A stretch of 64,000 nt of DNA from the IMG/VR virus record IMGVR_UViG_2706794523_000001, positions 1 through 64,000 of that record. One strand, 5' to 3'. Made by a program: the position numbers and the translations under genes. How positions within the stretch are numbered: the stretch's first letter is position 1; each line of letters opens with the position of its first letter. This document shows positions 31,201 to 39,478 of the stretch, in pieces. This DNA is from an uncultured virus (IMG/VR IMGVR_UViG_2706794523_000001). Lineage: Duplodnaviria > Heunggongvirae > Uroviricota > Caudoviricetes > Schitoviridae. The notes below the pieces were generated by a model that made no database searches, was not told the origin of the DNA, and saw only the letters and a list, made by a program, of their open reading frames with translations.

Positions 31201-32709
31201 GTCCGGGGTCTTGCCGGTTGTCTGCTGGATCTCGGCCAGGGGCGCCAGCAAATGCTGCGGCAGACCCTGGAGATCTTCGCCCTTGAGCTGCGAGGCCTGC
31301 TCGACATTGTTGATCCAGGCCTGCGACTTGTCATCGGTGCCGGCATGCTCCTGCGCAACGCTGCGCAGCGAGTTGGCGACATCGGGTGCCTGTTCGGTTG
31401 CGGCCGCAACTGCCGGCGCCACATTTTCATCCGAGACGGTCGAGCCTGCGGCACGGGCCTGCAGGATCTTCTCGCCCCGCGTCTTGAGTGTGTTGGCGAC
31501 ATATTTCAGCCCGCTGCCGGCCGTCTTGAGAGCCAGGCTCGGAGCCTGGGCAACAGCTGCCGAACCAAGCCCGCCGATTGCACCCAGCGCAACCTGGTCA
31601 CCGGCGCCTTCGATCAGGCTCTGGTTCGGGTCTGCCTGCATCTTGGTCGCCAGGTTCTGGGCCACCTGCCCGCTCAGCGACTGGGCAGCTTCCTCGACTG
31701 GTTCCTTGATCAGGTTCGAGACCACTTCCGCGGCCGGACGGATCCTCAAGGGAGCCGCCTCGAAGCCGCCGACTTCCGTGACCTTGCCGATGGCAGCACC
31801 GGCCACACCCTGGATCGATGCAGCCGTCATGCCGGCATTGTGCGCAATGCGGATCTTGGCCTGTTCGGGATCGACACCGCTTTCGACCGCCGCCTTGAAA
31901 TCAGGCGAGGACTGCATGAGCTCTTCATTCGAGCGGCCCATGATGTCGGTGACGGTCTGGTTGTAGGCGCCGCCACCTTCCATGAGGCCGATGGCGAGCG
32001 GCTCGGCTACGTTACTTGCCAGACCGGCAGCGCCCAGGGTCTTCATGATCGGGCCGCCGGCGAACAGCGAGCCAGTGCCCTGGTAGACGGTGCTCTTCAG
32101 CATCGTCGGGTTCTCGATCGTGCGGGCGCCGGCATTGAGCACTTCCCGGCCGAACCTCTTCAGACCGGCAACAAGCTTGCCGTCCGTCGGCTCGTCCTGT
32201 TCGTACTGGGCGGCCGTATCCTGGTTGTCGAGTTCGCTCTGCAGGCCGGTCAGGTATTCGTTGCGCTTGATGGCCGGCGACATGCCGCTGCGGCCATAGG
32301 CGGTGAAATCGTTCAGCAGCTGGTTGCTCTTGACGCCCAGCGTCGGGTTGAGCAGTCCCAGTCCGAGCACGCCGATCGAGCCGATGGTATTGTTGAAGCC
32401 CGTGGCCGCATCGAGCACGCTGTCGTGGATGCCCTGGCCGCTGGTCCGGGTAGCGCCCTTCATGTAATTCTGCAGGTCGGCATTGCCCTGGTCGAGTCGA
32501 TCGAGCTGGGTCTGAACCTCCTGCGGGTACTTCTGGCCGAACTGGAACGGAGTCAGGTTCTGACGGTCCTGCAGGATCTGGTTGTTGGCCGCGGCGCCAT
32601 TGCCGCGATTGATGGCCTCGTTGAGCAGATCCTGGGCGACACCGCCCCCCGCAGTAGCTTGTCCGATCTGCGACAGATCCTGGACAAACTTGCTGTTCAC
32701 GTCGGCCAT
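22219..32709 (-). CDS. virion-encapsidated RNA polymerase (N4 gp50, vRNAP)
   Basis: 3496 aa; motif A EADGKTNG, motif B RGLTKNPLTITIYG, motif C HVFDG; no Cys noticed on reading, as in N4 vRNAP. Confidence 0.97.
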   Translation of the reverse strand: MADVNSKFVQDLSQIGQATAGGGVAQDLLNEAINRGNGAAANNQILQDRQNLTPFQFGQKYPQEVQTQLDRLDQGNADLQNYMKGATRTSGQGIHDSVLDAATGFNNTIGSIGVLGLGLLNPTLGVKSNQLLNDFTAYGRSGMSPAIKRNEYLTGLQSELDNQDTAAQYEQDEPTDGKLVAGLKRFGREVLNAGARTIENPTMLKSTVYQGTGSLFAGGPIMKTLGAAGLASNVAEPLAIGLMEGGGAYNQTVTDIMGRSNEELMQSSPDFKAAVESGVDPEQAKIRIAHNAGMTAASIQGVAGAAIGKVTEVGGFEAAPLRIRPAAEVVSNLIKEPVEEAAQSLSGQVAQNLATKMQADPNQSLIEGAGDQVALGAIGGLGSAAVAQAPSLALKTAGSGLKYVANTLKTRGEKILQARAAGSTVSDENVAPAVAAATEQAPDVANSLRSVAQEHAGTDDKSQAWINNVEQASQLKGEDLQGLPQHLLAPLAEIQQTTGKTPDVFQALGSMAAVANDEQAPQEDRTAAAAFILKTTEGNKKLFTEDFPSFMDNVAHDREEFQKFQQYAGTLQDIAETPQIKQAIQWAREKMQMPEQDLTGVDLNAPEGQQIVKNLVNVAQVAPQAVNPEVAQQVLLQADEGTLELPPEQRRVIRGAMSLLNSARLYEARNRAPEPGMLDADVQDLKAELDTTADRDNLMDFVSRQIETEGGTKAHQTSLRDHVAGINQAVAQGDMVTARSKTQRLAMFARSMRNKVEALNTSIANGDGQSVPYRALGPDNQFLPADGYHKVGVRVGNDGSERFARKVHAEATATAELANDFARQYPEFGIPDVQVPALKLDRINKQNPAVKDVNRGSSTPAAVTASPATTLETTDKAKVELPLPPAQPTRETVTAAPADGTGTAESTGKVEKTSSEPAPVIEEPVAETVEAEPVAQPEKSADVEPAVEPEVAPVETAAETTVSEETRQSDRRIVDLVEATKDDGPELQMSEVFPNLVQPNGRNRFHEAFRLPKTITSRMLQLTQPMREFYRMLGNPRSMSEFMDGANLDKITADDRSAFQRLMVLGNTALNHMYERLDAKMAKDNLLAKIEAGEEVTRYRDLRVLNLLDKGGKDYDPQLIQSAVIASLDWALNLADRSAPLTVADVADLMGIDDADVTADLVTRFNRGTSLDIAKRSLAEQIKKFWGVEANRDAKEDFTRGIPEAVAAELLHGLHSAGLIELGMEKFPGLTEKTFGRVWFDTRPKDVNKLVRSLDGAHELLSDMALKDKQVESYSIGQPVTDVDGSQLRNPSVKTTAQQKQALENVQKTPYLPNHSVFDFVQALGEETFVSLLSGRTFKDGDLDKTHDEMGLNKAHWESVKGLQRQLSNSFRNVTKQMAAVKRVGENAPTFYKHHLNKLGRLQMAGLSNPQADKLAREIFMATGTKLNLNDRADFLKFLATVGQGIGLKTEKETRQAIANKVVASTLTTGGELRPLVQELKTWLDKRGSMPSSTVDLLQKAGLSMHGIHSLLAIARYENAKDRGQDVSAFETANYLEADGKTNGPINALMLWATGRITSDWLKQVGKGGVFFGRKGKTLNSHEDKVDLYEDSSTQTELNLVDLDATLIEAPEAHALFQSFKQFLAALDTNVTIDENNQITIKRGLTKNPLTITIYGSGENGIAGKITDELVGTIYEKLSQSMADQVPVGDLIYGEGKAASFMSDLAELTSRQVRKSREKGYFVAGETKQISGTAKDFALSSQQYKALQNNVKMLLVSQLRDAIADKVTRHVDTTTGAIQQATQLQSIMLKGMFIQEITARLALMKSDPAKYDYNKGEFLSQAELDDILKNLRVYAPVIDTKSQGYFLSGGEKSDLFDKTTIQVGDEKIEIQMPDSFARSLTSDLSSPAYVYGPTLAGVSAIPTLTVGSGDGQMMLNFLAQNPEAAARVLHVFDGLNMPADAIEDYSRGVNEAVFKTWTGNTNPVRAVEESFAEFLRNAPVEALFPGGALNEAQNQALKEISQAKAGKFDLKPEELLTPEQAKEYMGEILGQLNDAADQTDARRQVYSEFDLSVDQMASAESPFTNEGKIQLDPEADLDTIEKAMNARYEELLNESQANQNAETAIEQGDVEITQAVAEIGAATETGARLLYGHDLKPLFASIYAKLSPTQREMMRAAVKLLEKSDYRMVLGDGAAVKAWEAVYNADRYSPDEKDYYGKIDPISKIIVIKNVSAETIVHELVHAATFDKVNAYYSDPTLLTKEERDAITRLEGLMDEWMRLDYFGENSPGYMARELAERAIRKHQRNGRDAEALNEFMAWVLGNQHLADFAQKTKVKNPFFRVIGDTLRALKTLLWGGENKGPRVGDSILSNLRFNTRVLMATPGRVEILKKDFATTALYQSAYFGSNDRLRAIRQRLNQKVVAWMKEGGQDLAGHHQRLVRSREVDEAKQSGLDVATSFAAYFPDLGNMQAWTTFTMIQATLATEVELNPNALSRMEEIYTHVIKNLKVSDFRQNEDPQDTADAYQAQQKFDALNGLFVLKTDKHGRSSLMSSFISLAMTSEEFRKVLVNMKKPEAIKDSAKTLDAVIDNLGNAGMDRLSLALSGEKRNDTNVRDALDSLMLSMIENVGDQRTAIERTSESGLDRLNDYVATAAQNLSEKVAVKSRQVVQTSNSKVVRTGARLANLAATMINESRANDAAMGVVSWLNRREGLNPLKELAADVIGRTKDNAPIWDMISKVRAEVQQTRQQFRDLLPEKLASAFVGHVTSHQWTALYKVLGKTDLASLYGRFGVTGALDLVSSEARRQAEIQTLENAYDRRFQEKAKQLAHFMITGEHGVKLLRNAHAIAAFSVDGVRNLTPAQSMVDDIDRLVSLYAIEQTDRNSRDAVVDLIRNQKNGVEFVTNYLVGQRTDELAKARSTTAALFNHYKGHIPSEAQQGGSLIIASDSEHAHLTGRGYKRLSAYNGSSADRVLGRRSYYFAPVSGRAPFTQGVLQTVHQTASGVDPETGYTTGEILAGRIDDAQVVRLIERQLANQSATSENLLPVYDNAGKIFAFERAADPAKLTGLNRSTDLSQMIGVWRGRQVEELLAKQVNEELVDTLKSMWEEGKRNGRRNEFVNIAKLDPQSDDRILIEAVRLIPKQSRDYIKQTFGPDQFWVRRDMLLDTFGARQASVGDLFSGHTRWNPKVAGEFEKLAAGMLGSNAYSILVGAEKNIQSVVSNAKTLIVVKSVIVPAANMISNMFQLLNHGVPLRDVLKGVPAKTAEINAYIKRRGREIAAEAELRAAKGNNNLVAIRKLETEIRSLQDSYRRMSIWPLIEEGEFSAISNGQVTAEDLAIADGKWQSFVERKVNSLPDGLRTPARYALVTRDTALFQGLARSVQYGDFVGKAIMYDHLRGRKKVAKHEAIAQVSEAFINYNKLAGRGRQYLESVGLLWFYNYKLRIMKEAAYMLRHNPLRSLLMTAVPSFPLIGDIGTPVADNVLAIFNDGKLGYSIGPNMGLHAFGLNPWINLTR

Positions 32710-32738
32710 GGAGTCCTCAAGATTTTGTTTGAAAATGA

Positions 32739-32770
32739 AAACGGCAGAGGATGAAAATCCCCTGCCGTTA
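32739..32770 (-). terminator. terminator-like hairpin between the gp51-like gene and vRNAP
   Basis: AACGGCAGAGGA...TCCCCTGCCGTT with a T-run on the minus strand. Confidence 0.55.
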
Positions 32771-32813
32771 TATGCACCTATTTTCTACTAAATTTCCAGA
32801 GGGAATTTAGATA

Positions 32814-35330
32814 TTATTGTGGCCTTATGCTTTCTCCTGCGCCGCTGAAGATCGTCGTAGGCGAACCAGGTTCTTGACCGACCGACTGGAGCAGGGCATT
32901 GAACTTCGCCTGCTGATCCTGGAGCCGAGCCAGTTCGTTGAAGAGCTGCGGATCCTTGTTACCAGACTGGATGGCCTGCTGGATCTGAGCAATCTGCACC
33001 GAGTTCTGCAGGACAGCCGCCTGAATGGCGGTAACCTGCTGGGTCGAGATCACAGCCTGCCTCTGGTTCGAGATAGCGGCAGCACCCCTGCCAAGCTTGA
33101 TCGAGCCGTCGACGTTGAAGCCGATCTTGTTGAGATCTTTCTGCACGCCTTCCATGTCGATGCGTCGAGCGGAAGTACCATTTTCCGGCGCACCAAACCG
33201 GTCACCACTGAACCAGCTGTCCGGGATGATGCTGCCCAGGATCGGGACTTTGTCGATCGTCGCCTGGAGATCCTTCGACACCGGGTTCTGCGCAATGAGC
33301 GCACCGGCGGCTGCCGGCTTCAGCTTGTTGCCTGACGCCTGCATCGTCTGGTTCAGGGCTTCCAAAACCGCCTGCTCGTTCATGCCTTCGAGAGCACCGC
33401 CCGGGCTGACCAGTTTCTTCATGACCTGGTTGATCGACTCGGTCGAGCTCTGGGCCTGCTGGATCTGCGCGATCAGCGGAGCATCGGCATTGAATGCCTG
33501 GTCCATCGTGCCCTGGTCGAGGAGCTTCTGGGCGGCAGTTCCGGGGCTGTCCGTGTTGGCCACGGGTGCGGGTGCAGCCGCCTGAGCCAGTTGAGCTGCA
33601 GGGCTGGTGTTCGCCGGAGCTGCTTGAGCGCCCCCAACCAGGGAGCCGACGAGACTGCCGGCCGAAACCGCTGGCGCTGCTGCAGTCGGATCAACGGCCG
33701 CGGCGAGTTGCTGGGCCGGCGTCTGGACCGGATCGGAGACGGCGGTGTCCGTCGAGAATCCGCCGACCGGCAGCGAAATCTGCGGGCGCGAAAGTTCTGC
33801 CAAGGAATTGCCGGGAGGAAAAGCCCCGGCATTGATGGATCCGCCGTCGGTGACCGATACAGGCCCATTGGCAGTTCCGCCGATAGGCTGGCTGCCCAAC
33901 AGCTGGTTGATAACGTCCTGGCCACCGCGAGGAAATGCACCGGCGTTGATGACCGTGGGGGCAGACGCATTCGGCGTCGACTGCCCATTGGTGATCCCGC
34001 CGAGAGCGGAACGATCGCCCTTCTCGTAGTTGGTGATCGCCGCCGACAAGACGTCATCCTTGACGTTCTTGAAGCCTTCCCACTGGCCACGAAGAGCCGA
34101 CATCTTGCCGGCCATGCTCTTGGGGCCAGAGATCGCCTTGTCGGCGATGTGGTTGAACATTGCGTCCTGCACGTCGGCCGAGAACACCGTATCATCGGGC
34201 AGGCCCATTTCCTTGGCCGTGTTCACCATGGTCTGACCGACGATCTGGTAACGGCCCATCGGGGTTGCCAGGTAGCCGAGCTGGTTCTTCTGGTGCTGAC
34301 CGTAGGCGCCGTCGCTCGAAGCGAACTGCTTCAGCTGGCCGATCGTCTGCTTCGACACATCGACACCGGCGAAAGCGCCGCCATCCTTCTGCGCATGAGC
34401 GTAGAGGGTCGAGTAGTTGGCGCCGCCTTCGGTCTTGTCGACCAGGCCACCGATTGTCGGGCCATTGCCCTGCCCCGAAGTCTGCGGGACATCGGTCTGC
34501 ACGTTCAGGCTCGTGAGGAGCTGGGTAGCTGCATCCGGGGTCTTGAAGACCTTCTGGTCGGCCGCCTGGTTGATGACCTCGATCGCCTGCGCCTTGATGC
34601 GCGGATCGCTGATCGTGTTGTCGTTCTGGATCGCACGAACGGCCATCTCCGGCGTAACGCTGCCGTTGATCTGCTTGAAGGCGAGATCCCGTGCCGTCTT
34701 GGTAACGCCCTGGTTCTCCCAGAACTGGTCGTTGGCCAGCACATCTTTCTTGTAGCCGAAGCCGGCCGTGCCCGTGGAACGAGCGGCATCGATCAAGCCC
34801 GGAATGGCGTCGGCCTTGTAGCCGGCATCGAGCAGCGTCTGGTTGCCGTTCGCAATCATGGCCCGGGCCTGTTCGACCTTTGCCGGATCTCCCGAACCAG
34901 CGAGGGTCTGGACATCAGCCAGAAGCTTGGCGGCCTGCGGCTGCGCTGCCAGTCGGGCCTGAGCCAGCTGATCGTCACGCACCGCGGTCGTATTGCCGAA
35001 CTTGGCCCGGTCGTTGACCAGCTGCTGGTTGTCGTTCGCCAGGAGCGAGCTCTCGCGGCCGAGGCCGAACTTGAGCGCATCAGCAGAGACACCCCGGGTA
35101 TCGATCGCACCCGACTGCAGGGCAGCGTTGAGCGAGGCCGGATCGGTGTACTTCGAGATCTGAGCCAGGTAGGTGCTCGATGCGGCGTCCTGCTTCGTCT
35201 TCTGGAAGTTGGTCAGGGCGTCCTGCAGTCCCCCAAAGCCGTTTTGCAGCAGCTGCGCCGTCAAGCGCTGGGAGTCCGCGACACCGGAGAAGTTGGGCGC
35301 TGCCACATCCCGCCAAGTCAAGGGAGCCAT
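32814..35330 (-). CDS. internal virion/ejection protein (N4 gp51-like) with a lysozyme-like domain
   Basis: N-terminal LTWRDVAAPNF; central TEGGANYS...GRYQIV...FSADVQD...QWEGF muramidase-like segment. Confidence 0.8.
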   Translation of the reverse strand: MAPLTWRDVAAPNFSGVADSQRLTAQLLQNGFGGLQDALTNFQKTKQDAASSTYLAQISKYTDPASLNAALQSGAIDTRGVSADALKFGLGRESSLLANDNQQLVNDRAKFGNTTAVRDDQLAQARLAAQPQAAKLLADVQTLAGSGDPAKVEQARAMIANGNQTLLDAGYKADAIPGLIDAARSTGTAGFGYKKDVLANDQFWENQGVTKTARDLAFKQINGSVTPEMAVRAIQNDNTISDPRIKAQAIEVINQAADQKVFKTPDAATQLLTSLNVQTDVPQTSGQGNGPTIGGLVDKTEGGANYSTLYAHAQKDGGAFAGVDVSKQTIGQLKQFASSDGAYGQHQKNQLGYLATPMGRYQIVGQTMVNTAKEMGLPDDTVFSADVQDAMFNHIADKAISGPKSMAGKMSALRGQWEGFKNVKDDVLSAAITNYEKGDRSALGGITNGQSTPNASAPTVINAGAFPRGGQDVINQLLGSQPIGGTANGPVSVTDGGSINAGAFPPGNSLAELSRPQISLPVGGFSTDTAVSDPVQTPAQQLAAAVDPTAAAPAVSAGSLVGSLVGGAQAAPANTSPAAQLAQAAAPAPVANTDSPGTAAQKLLDQGTMDQAFNADAPLIAQIQQAQSSTESINQVMKKLVSPGGALEGMNEQAVLEALNQTMQASGNKLKPAAAGALIAQNPVSKDLQATIDKVPILGSIIPDSWFSGDRFGAPENGTSARRIDMEGVQKDLNKIGFNVDGSIKLGRGAAAISNQRQAVISTQQVTAIQAAVLQNSVQIAQIQQAIQSGNKDPQLFNELARLQDQQAKFNALLQSVGQEPGSPTTIFSGAGESIRPQ

Positions 35331-35376
35331 TATTTCGTCCTCAAAAAGAGATTATCTTCAAAATATTATTTGATAT

Positions 35377-35889
35377 TTAAACGGGTGCCTTGGCATCGTC
35401 AAGCTTGTGCGACTGGATGTAGGCGTTGGCCTCGTCCTGGCTCTGGCCCTGGGTGAAGTAGCGCGAGTTGATCTTGTCTTCGAGCGACGTGTTGTAGGTC
35501 TGGATCTGGTTCGCCAGGTTCTTCATGGCGAAGTTCTTCTGGAAGGCGAACTGCTGCTTTGCCAGCTTGTTCGACTCGAAGGCCTGCCAGAGGTTGCCGA
35601 TCGTATTCAGCCCGCCGAGAGCCAGGCCCAACGTGCCGGCGTTGAAGCCAAGCCCAGTGTTGTTCGCACCGATGCCGGCAGGACCGCCGCTCATATTGGG
35701 GGCGGCCGGAAACGAGCCAACGTTCATCGGCTGCATCCAGTCGGGCGAAGATCCGCCCCCGGCAGCGCTTTGCAGGAAAGCACCCGTCGGATTGGAAGCG
35801 CCGCCACCCATGAGGAAGGGCGTGGCCACGCCACCAACTCCACCGACACCGGTGCCGTAAGCAGAAAGAGAGTCCAGATATCCGGCCAT
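35377..35889 (-). CDS. virion structural protein (N4 gp52-like)
   Basis: Gly-rich N-terminus, LAKQQF...NQIQTYNTSLED; synteny. Confidence 0.8.
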   Translation of the reverse strand: MAGYLDSLSAYGTGVGGVGGVATPFLMGGGASNPTGAFLQSAAGGGSSPDWMQPMNVGSFPAAPNMSGGPAGIGANNTGLGFNAGTLGLALGGLNTIGNLWQAFESNKLAKQQFAFQKNFAMKNLANQIQTYNTSLEDKINSRYFTQGQSQDEANAYIQSHKLDDAKAPV

Positions 35890-35903
35890 TATCTCACCTA
35901 TTA

Positions 35904-38312
35904 TTAAGTAAATGCATTCGGAAGGGTTAGACTGTATTCCGCGAAGCCAGCGAGCAGCTCCTGGGACATACCCGAAATATCACTTCCGGTCATAAGGGTC
36001 CGGGTGAGGAAAGTGTCGGAGCTTTCAGCGATCGGGCCATTCGAGGAGTCCACGAACATGAAAGGGTCTATTACCCCAGCACCATACCCGAATTCATTGA
36101 AATATGCTTGCTGTATTTTCGCTGATTCTGCTTTCGCATTTTTAGCAAAATCAGCCCAATCCTGCTGCATCTCCAGGGCGGAGTTGCGCAGCATGTCGGC
36201 CACGCCATTGCCCACCGAGTCCATGAGCTTCATCAGGTTGTCGGCCCGCAGCAGGTCTCCCCACTGGATCGTGAGCGCTCCCGCATTGAAGCCCGCGGCG
36301 ATCTGGCCGGCGACGAACATGAAGACGAAGCTGAGGACCTGGCCGATGATGCCCAGGCGGCCGAGCACGGTCTGGAGCAACGTCGAGATGATCAGGGCGG
36401 CAAAGGCGTTCACGAGCGAACCAACAATGGCAGCGGTCAACCCCGTGAAGCCCAGCGATGTGCCGATCAGCAGATTGGCTCCCAAGATGCCGAAGCCACC
36501 GCCGGCGGTAAAGATCGCCGAGACAATGGCGATGACGATGATCAGGAAAATCCTGAAGATCCCGCTCTGATACCACTTCGTCTTCTTGACCTTGTAGCAG
36601 TTGAACACGACGAACATGCACGCCGTGGACATCTGGGAGGCCGAGACCAGTGAGGTCGCCCGCCAGACGTCATAATGCAGCGGGATGATGAAGCCCGACT
36701 CGTCGGTATCCTGGATCGCCTCCTTGGTGTTGATGATCACCGCGTGGGAGTTGTAGACGTAGTTGCGGTACTCGCAGCCGATCACCTCCAGCACGGTGTA
36801 GCTGGTAGCCGTGCGCTGCCACCAGATCTTCATGTGCTGGATCTCGCCGACTTTCACCGTCATCAGGCGATCACCGTTGTCGCGGCTGGACTGGGTGTAG
36901 GTCTGGTAGATGTCGTCCGTCTGGGTGTGCGCCAGCCACACATCACCTGATTTCGCATCGGGTTTTGCGAGCCCGGTGCCCGTCGTCTCGGTGATCGTGT
37001 TCCAGGACAGCTGGATGTTGTAGCGAGAGTTGATCTCGCCGGTGCCCTTGATCTTGATGGTGTTCGTCGGGAGGGTCGGCTTGGCCGGAAGGGCAGGCTT
37101 GGTCCCGACCGGATTTGCCTGCCATGCCGCAAGCGCAGCCACGGCTGCATTGTGGGCGGCCAGCTGGGTCAGGTAAGCCGAATAGTTCGGGCTCGACAGC
37201 TGCGACTGCATCAGCTGCTTGAAGAAATTGTAGATGTACTTTCTGCACTCCGGCTCGATGACATTGAGCGAGACGCCGAACACCACATAGGCGTGGTCGA
37301 TGTCGCCCAGGCTTTCGTTGTCGGCGACCTTGTCGATCAGTTCCGAGAGCTTGTTGCCTGTCGCTTTCTTGTAGGCCTTTTTGATCTGGGCGTAGGCGTC
37401 CGGATAGTAGGTCTCCGAAAGGAACTGGTTCTCGAGCCTGAAAGGGATGAACGGGAAAAACTGGCCATAGGTGGCCGTGGCGCCGGCAAGCGCATCGAGC
37501 GCGGCATTGCCGCTGCCGATCTCGTAGATCCAGAGCTGAGTGTTGCCGTAGTTGGGGTAGACGTTCGTCTGGGTGTCGATGCGATAGGACCTCGTTGTCC
37601 CGTCGTCGAACTGGTACATGGTCTCGATGAACTGGGTGACGGCGTCATCGCCCTCAGTCACCGTGGTTCGCCTGTAGATGCCCGAGCTGACGAGGGTCCA
37701 GCCGGTTGTGTCGGGATAGGGATCACCAGGCGCAAGTGTGACCGTCGAGCCAGTGATGACGGATCCCGTCGATCCCGCCGCGGTGATGCTGTAATAGATC
37801 GCGACGTAGCGGTCGCTGGCGCTGAAGCCGGCTGCTGAAATCGTCGTCGTTGTAGTGTCCGGCCAGGTGATCTTGATCGAGCTCGTGGTGGCGATGAATT
37901 CGGCCGTCCATGCCTGGTCGATATCGTCGGGGCGATTGGCAAGAACCCACTGTTCGGCCAACAGCGCCACATCCCCCGGCGTAACAAAAGCGTTCTGCCC
38001 CAGGACTATCTCGCCGGCGCCGTGAGGCACATAGGCGGCAACCACAGCTGCATCGAGAGCGCCGCGGACATTCATTTCACCGGTCGGGATGCCGACCTGG
38101 TTATAGTTGGCCGGATTTCGCGCCCAGCGGAAAAACTGGGTCAGCGTCATCGCCGGCCCGTTCAGGTAACCGCTCTTGAGGTCATCCGCGACACTGGCCT
38201 TGGTTCTCGAAAGCACATTCCGGACAACCAGGCTTTTCAAATAGCTGGGGCGATCCACCTCGTCCCCAGCCAGGTTGTAAGGAACGGAGGCGACCGCGAC
38301 AATCGTACCCAT
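35904..38312 (-). CDS. N4 gp53-like protein
   Basis: 802 aa; KWYQSGIF followed by hydrophobic segments; ESSDTFLTRTL. Confidence 0.8.
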   Translation of the reverse strand: MGTIVAVASVPYNLAGDEVDRPSYLKSLVVRNVLSRTKASVADDLKSGYLNGPAMTLTQFFRWARNPANYNQVGIPTGEMNVRGALDAAVVAAYVPHGAGEIVLGQNAFVTPGDVALLAEQWVLANRPDDIDQAWTAEFIATTSSIKITWPDTTTTTISAAGFSASDRYVAIYYSITAAGSTGSVITGSTVTLAPGDPYPDTTGWTLVSSGIYRRTTVTEGDDAVTQFIETMYQFDDGTTRSYRIDTQTNVYPNYGNTQLWIYEIGSGNAALDALAGATATYGQFFPFIPFRLENQFLSETYYPDAYAQIKKAYKKATGNKLSELIDKVADNESLGDIDHAYVVFGVSLNVIEPECRKYIYNFFKQLMQSQLSSPNYSAYLTQLAAHNAAVAALAAWQANPVGTKPALPAKPTLPTNTIKIKGTGEINSRYNIQLSWNTITETTGTGLAKPDAKSGDVWLAHTQTDDIYQTYTQSSRDNGDRLMTVKVGEIQHMKIWWQRTATSYTVLEVIGCEYRNYVYNSHAVIINTKEAIQDTDESGFIIPLHYDVWRATSLVSASQMSTACMFVVFNCYKVKKTKWYQSGIFRIFLIIVIAIVSAIFTAGGGFGILGANLLIGTSLGFTGLTAAIVGSLVNAFAALIISTLLQTVLGRLGIIGQVLSFVFMFVAGQIAAGFNAGALTIQWGDLLRADNLMKLMDSVGNGVADMLRNSALEMQQDWADFAKNAKAESAKIQQAYFNEFGYGAGVIDPFMFVDSSNGPIAESSDTFLTRTLMTGSDISGMSQELLAGFAEYSLTLPNAFT

Positions 38313-38330
38313 CGAGCGTCTCCTTCTGGC

Positions 38331-39215
38331 TTAGGTCAGGCTGAGGTTCGTCTTCAGCTTGCTGAGGATGGCGTCGACATTGGCGTTGGTGAACTGGGTC
38401 GGGGCCACCAGACCCTCGTCGATGGTCTTCTGGACCGTCCAGGCATCGCTGAACATCTTGACGAACTTCGTCTCGGCATCCCGCTGATAGGACGTGATCT
38501 GCTGGGTGTAGAGATCCTTCTGCTTGCCGATCGAACCAGTAATGGTGGCACCATCGGTGCGGTTGTTGAGCGTCTGGGCACGCTGCACCTCGATCTGCTC
38601 GGACAGCAAAGCGAGCTGCTTGGGCAGGATGTTGGCGTTGGTGTAGTCGATGCCGACGCCCTGCTTCGTCAGGTTCGCGTAGGTGGCGTCTTCGGTCGAG
38701 ATCTTGATCTTGGTCAGGCCGTAATTGGCTTCGGCCGTTGCCGCTTCGAACTGGGTCTTGGCAGCGACAATCCGCGCCGTCTCCAGGTTGACGCGAGCGG
38801 TGACCAGCTCGACTTCAGCCGAACGGGCTTGCGCCTGAACCAGGAGAGCCTGCCAGTAAGCCTGGTCTTTCGCCAGGAGGAATTGGGATGAGGTCTGCAG
38901 GGCAGCCGCCACGACGCCGATATAGGCCTTCGTGTACTCGGCGCCGGAGATACGGTTGTTCTGGTACTCGACCTTGAGGTGAGCGACCAGGCTGGACATG
39001 ATCTTGTCGAACACACCAGTGCCACCGACGATGCCTGTGGTCAGGTCATCGACGGTGATCTTGTCGACGTCAGCGTAAAGCTGGCCGCTGGCCGGGGGCT
39101 GGTCGAACAGCCCACCGGTGATTGCGATATTGGGAACGGTGAAGTTCTTGCCGGCAAGCAGCGAGGTCAAAAGGGTGTTGGCGAGGCCGTCAGCACCGGA
39201 AGCGGTGGCAGTCAT
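38331..39215 (-). CDS. virion structural protein (N4 gp54-like)
   Basis: LTTGIVGGTGVFD, RISGAEY, IGKQKDLY. Confidence 0.8.
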   Translation of the reverse strand: MTATASGADGLANTLLTSLLAGKNFTVPNIAITGGLFDQPPASGQLYADVDKITVDDLTTGIVGGTGVFDKIMSSLVAHLKVEYQNNRISGAEYTKAYIGVVAAALQTSSQFLLAKDQAYWQALLVQAQARSAEVELVTARVNLETARIVAAKTQFEAATAEANYGLTKIKISTEDATYANLTKQGVGIDYTNANILPKQLALLSEQIEVQRAQTLNNRTDGATITGSIGKQKDLYTQQITSYQRDAETKFVKMFSDAWTVQKTIDEGLVAPTQFTNANVDAILSKLKTNLSLT

Positions 39216-39267
39216 TGAACTTCTCCGTATTTCTGATAATCGTCAGATAATAAGTTGATAATAACGA

Positions 39268-39474
39268 TTAATCAGCAGTGATCGCCTTGAGCACCCCAGT
39301 CAGAAGCTTGACGGCTTCATCCCTGGGGATTTCATAGCTGGCGGCAGGAAGGTTCTCGCCCTCGCTACGAACCAGAAACCGAATGCCGTTGTCGGTTTCA
39401 GTGATATTGACGAACCCGACATAACCCTTCTCCGGCGACAGACCGGTGTAGGCGAACTGGCGATGCTCACTCAT
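39268..39474 (-). CDS. small hypothetical protein inserted in the structural block
   Basis: MSEHRQFAYTG..., starts just after the gp55-like stop. Confidence 0.65.
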   Translation of the reverse strand: MSEHRQFAYTGLSPEKGYVGFVNITETDNGIRFLVRSEGENLPAASYEIPRDEAVKLLTGVLKAITAD

Positions 39475-39478
39475 CGGA

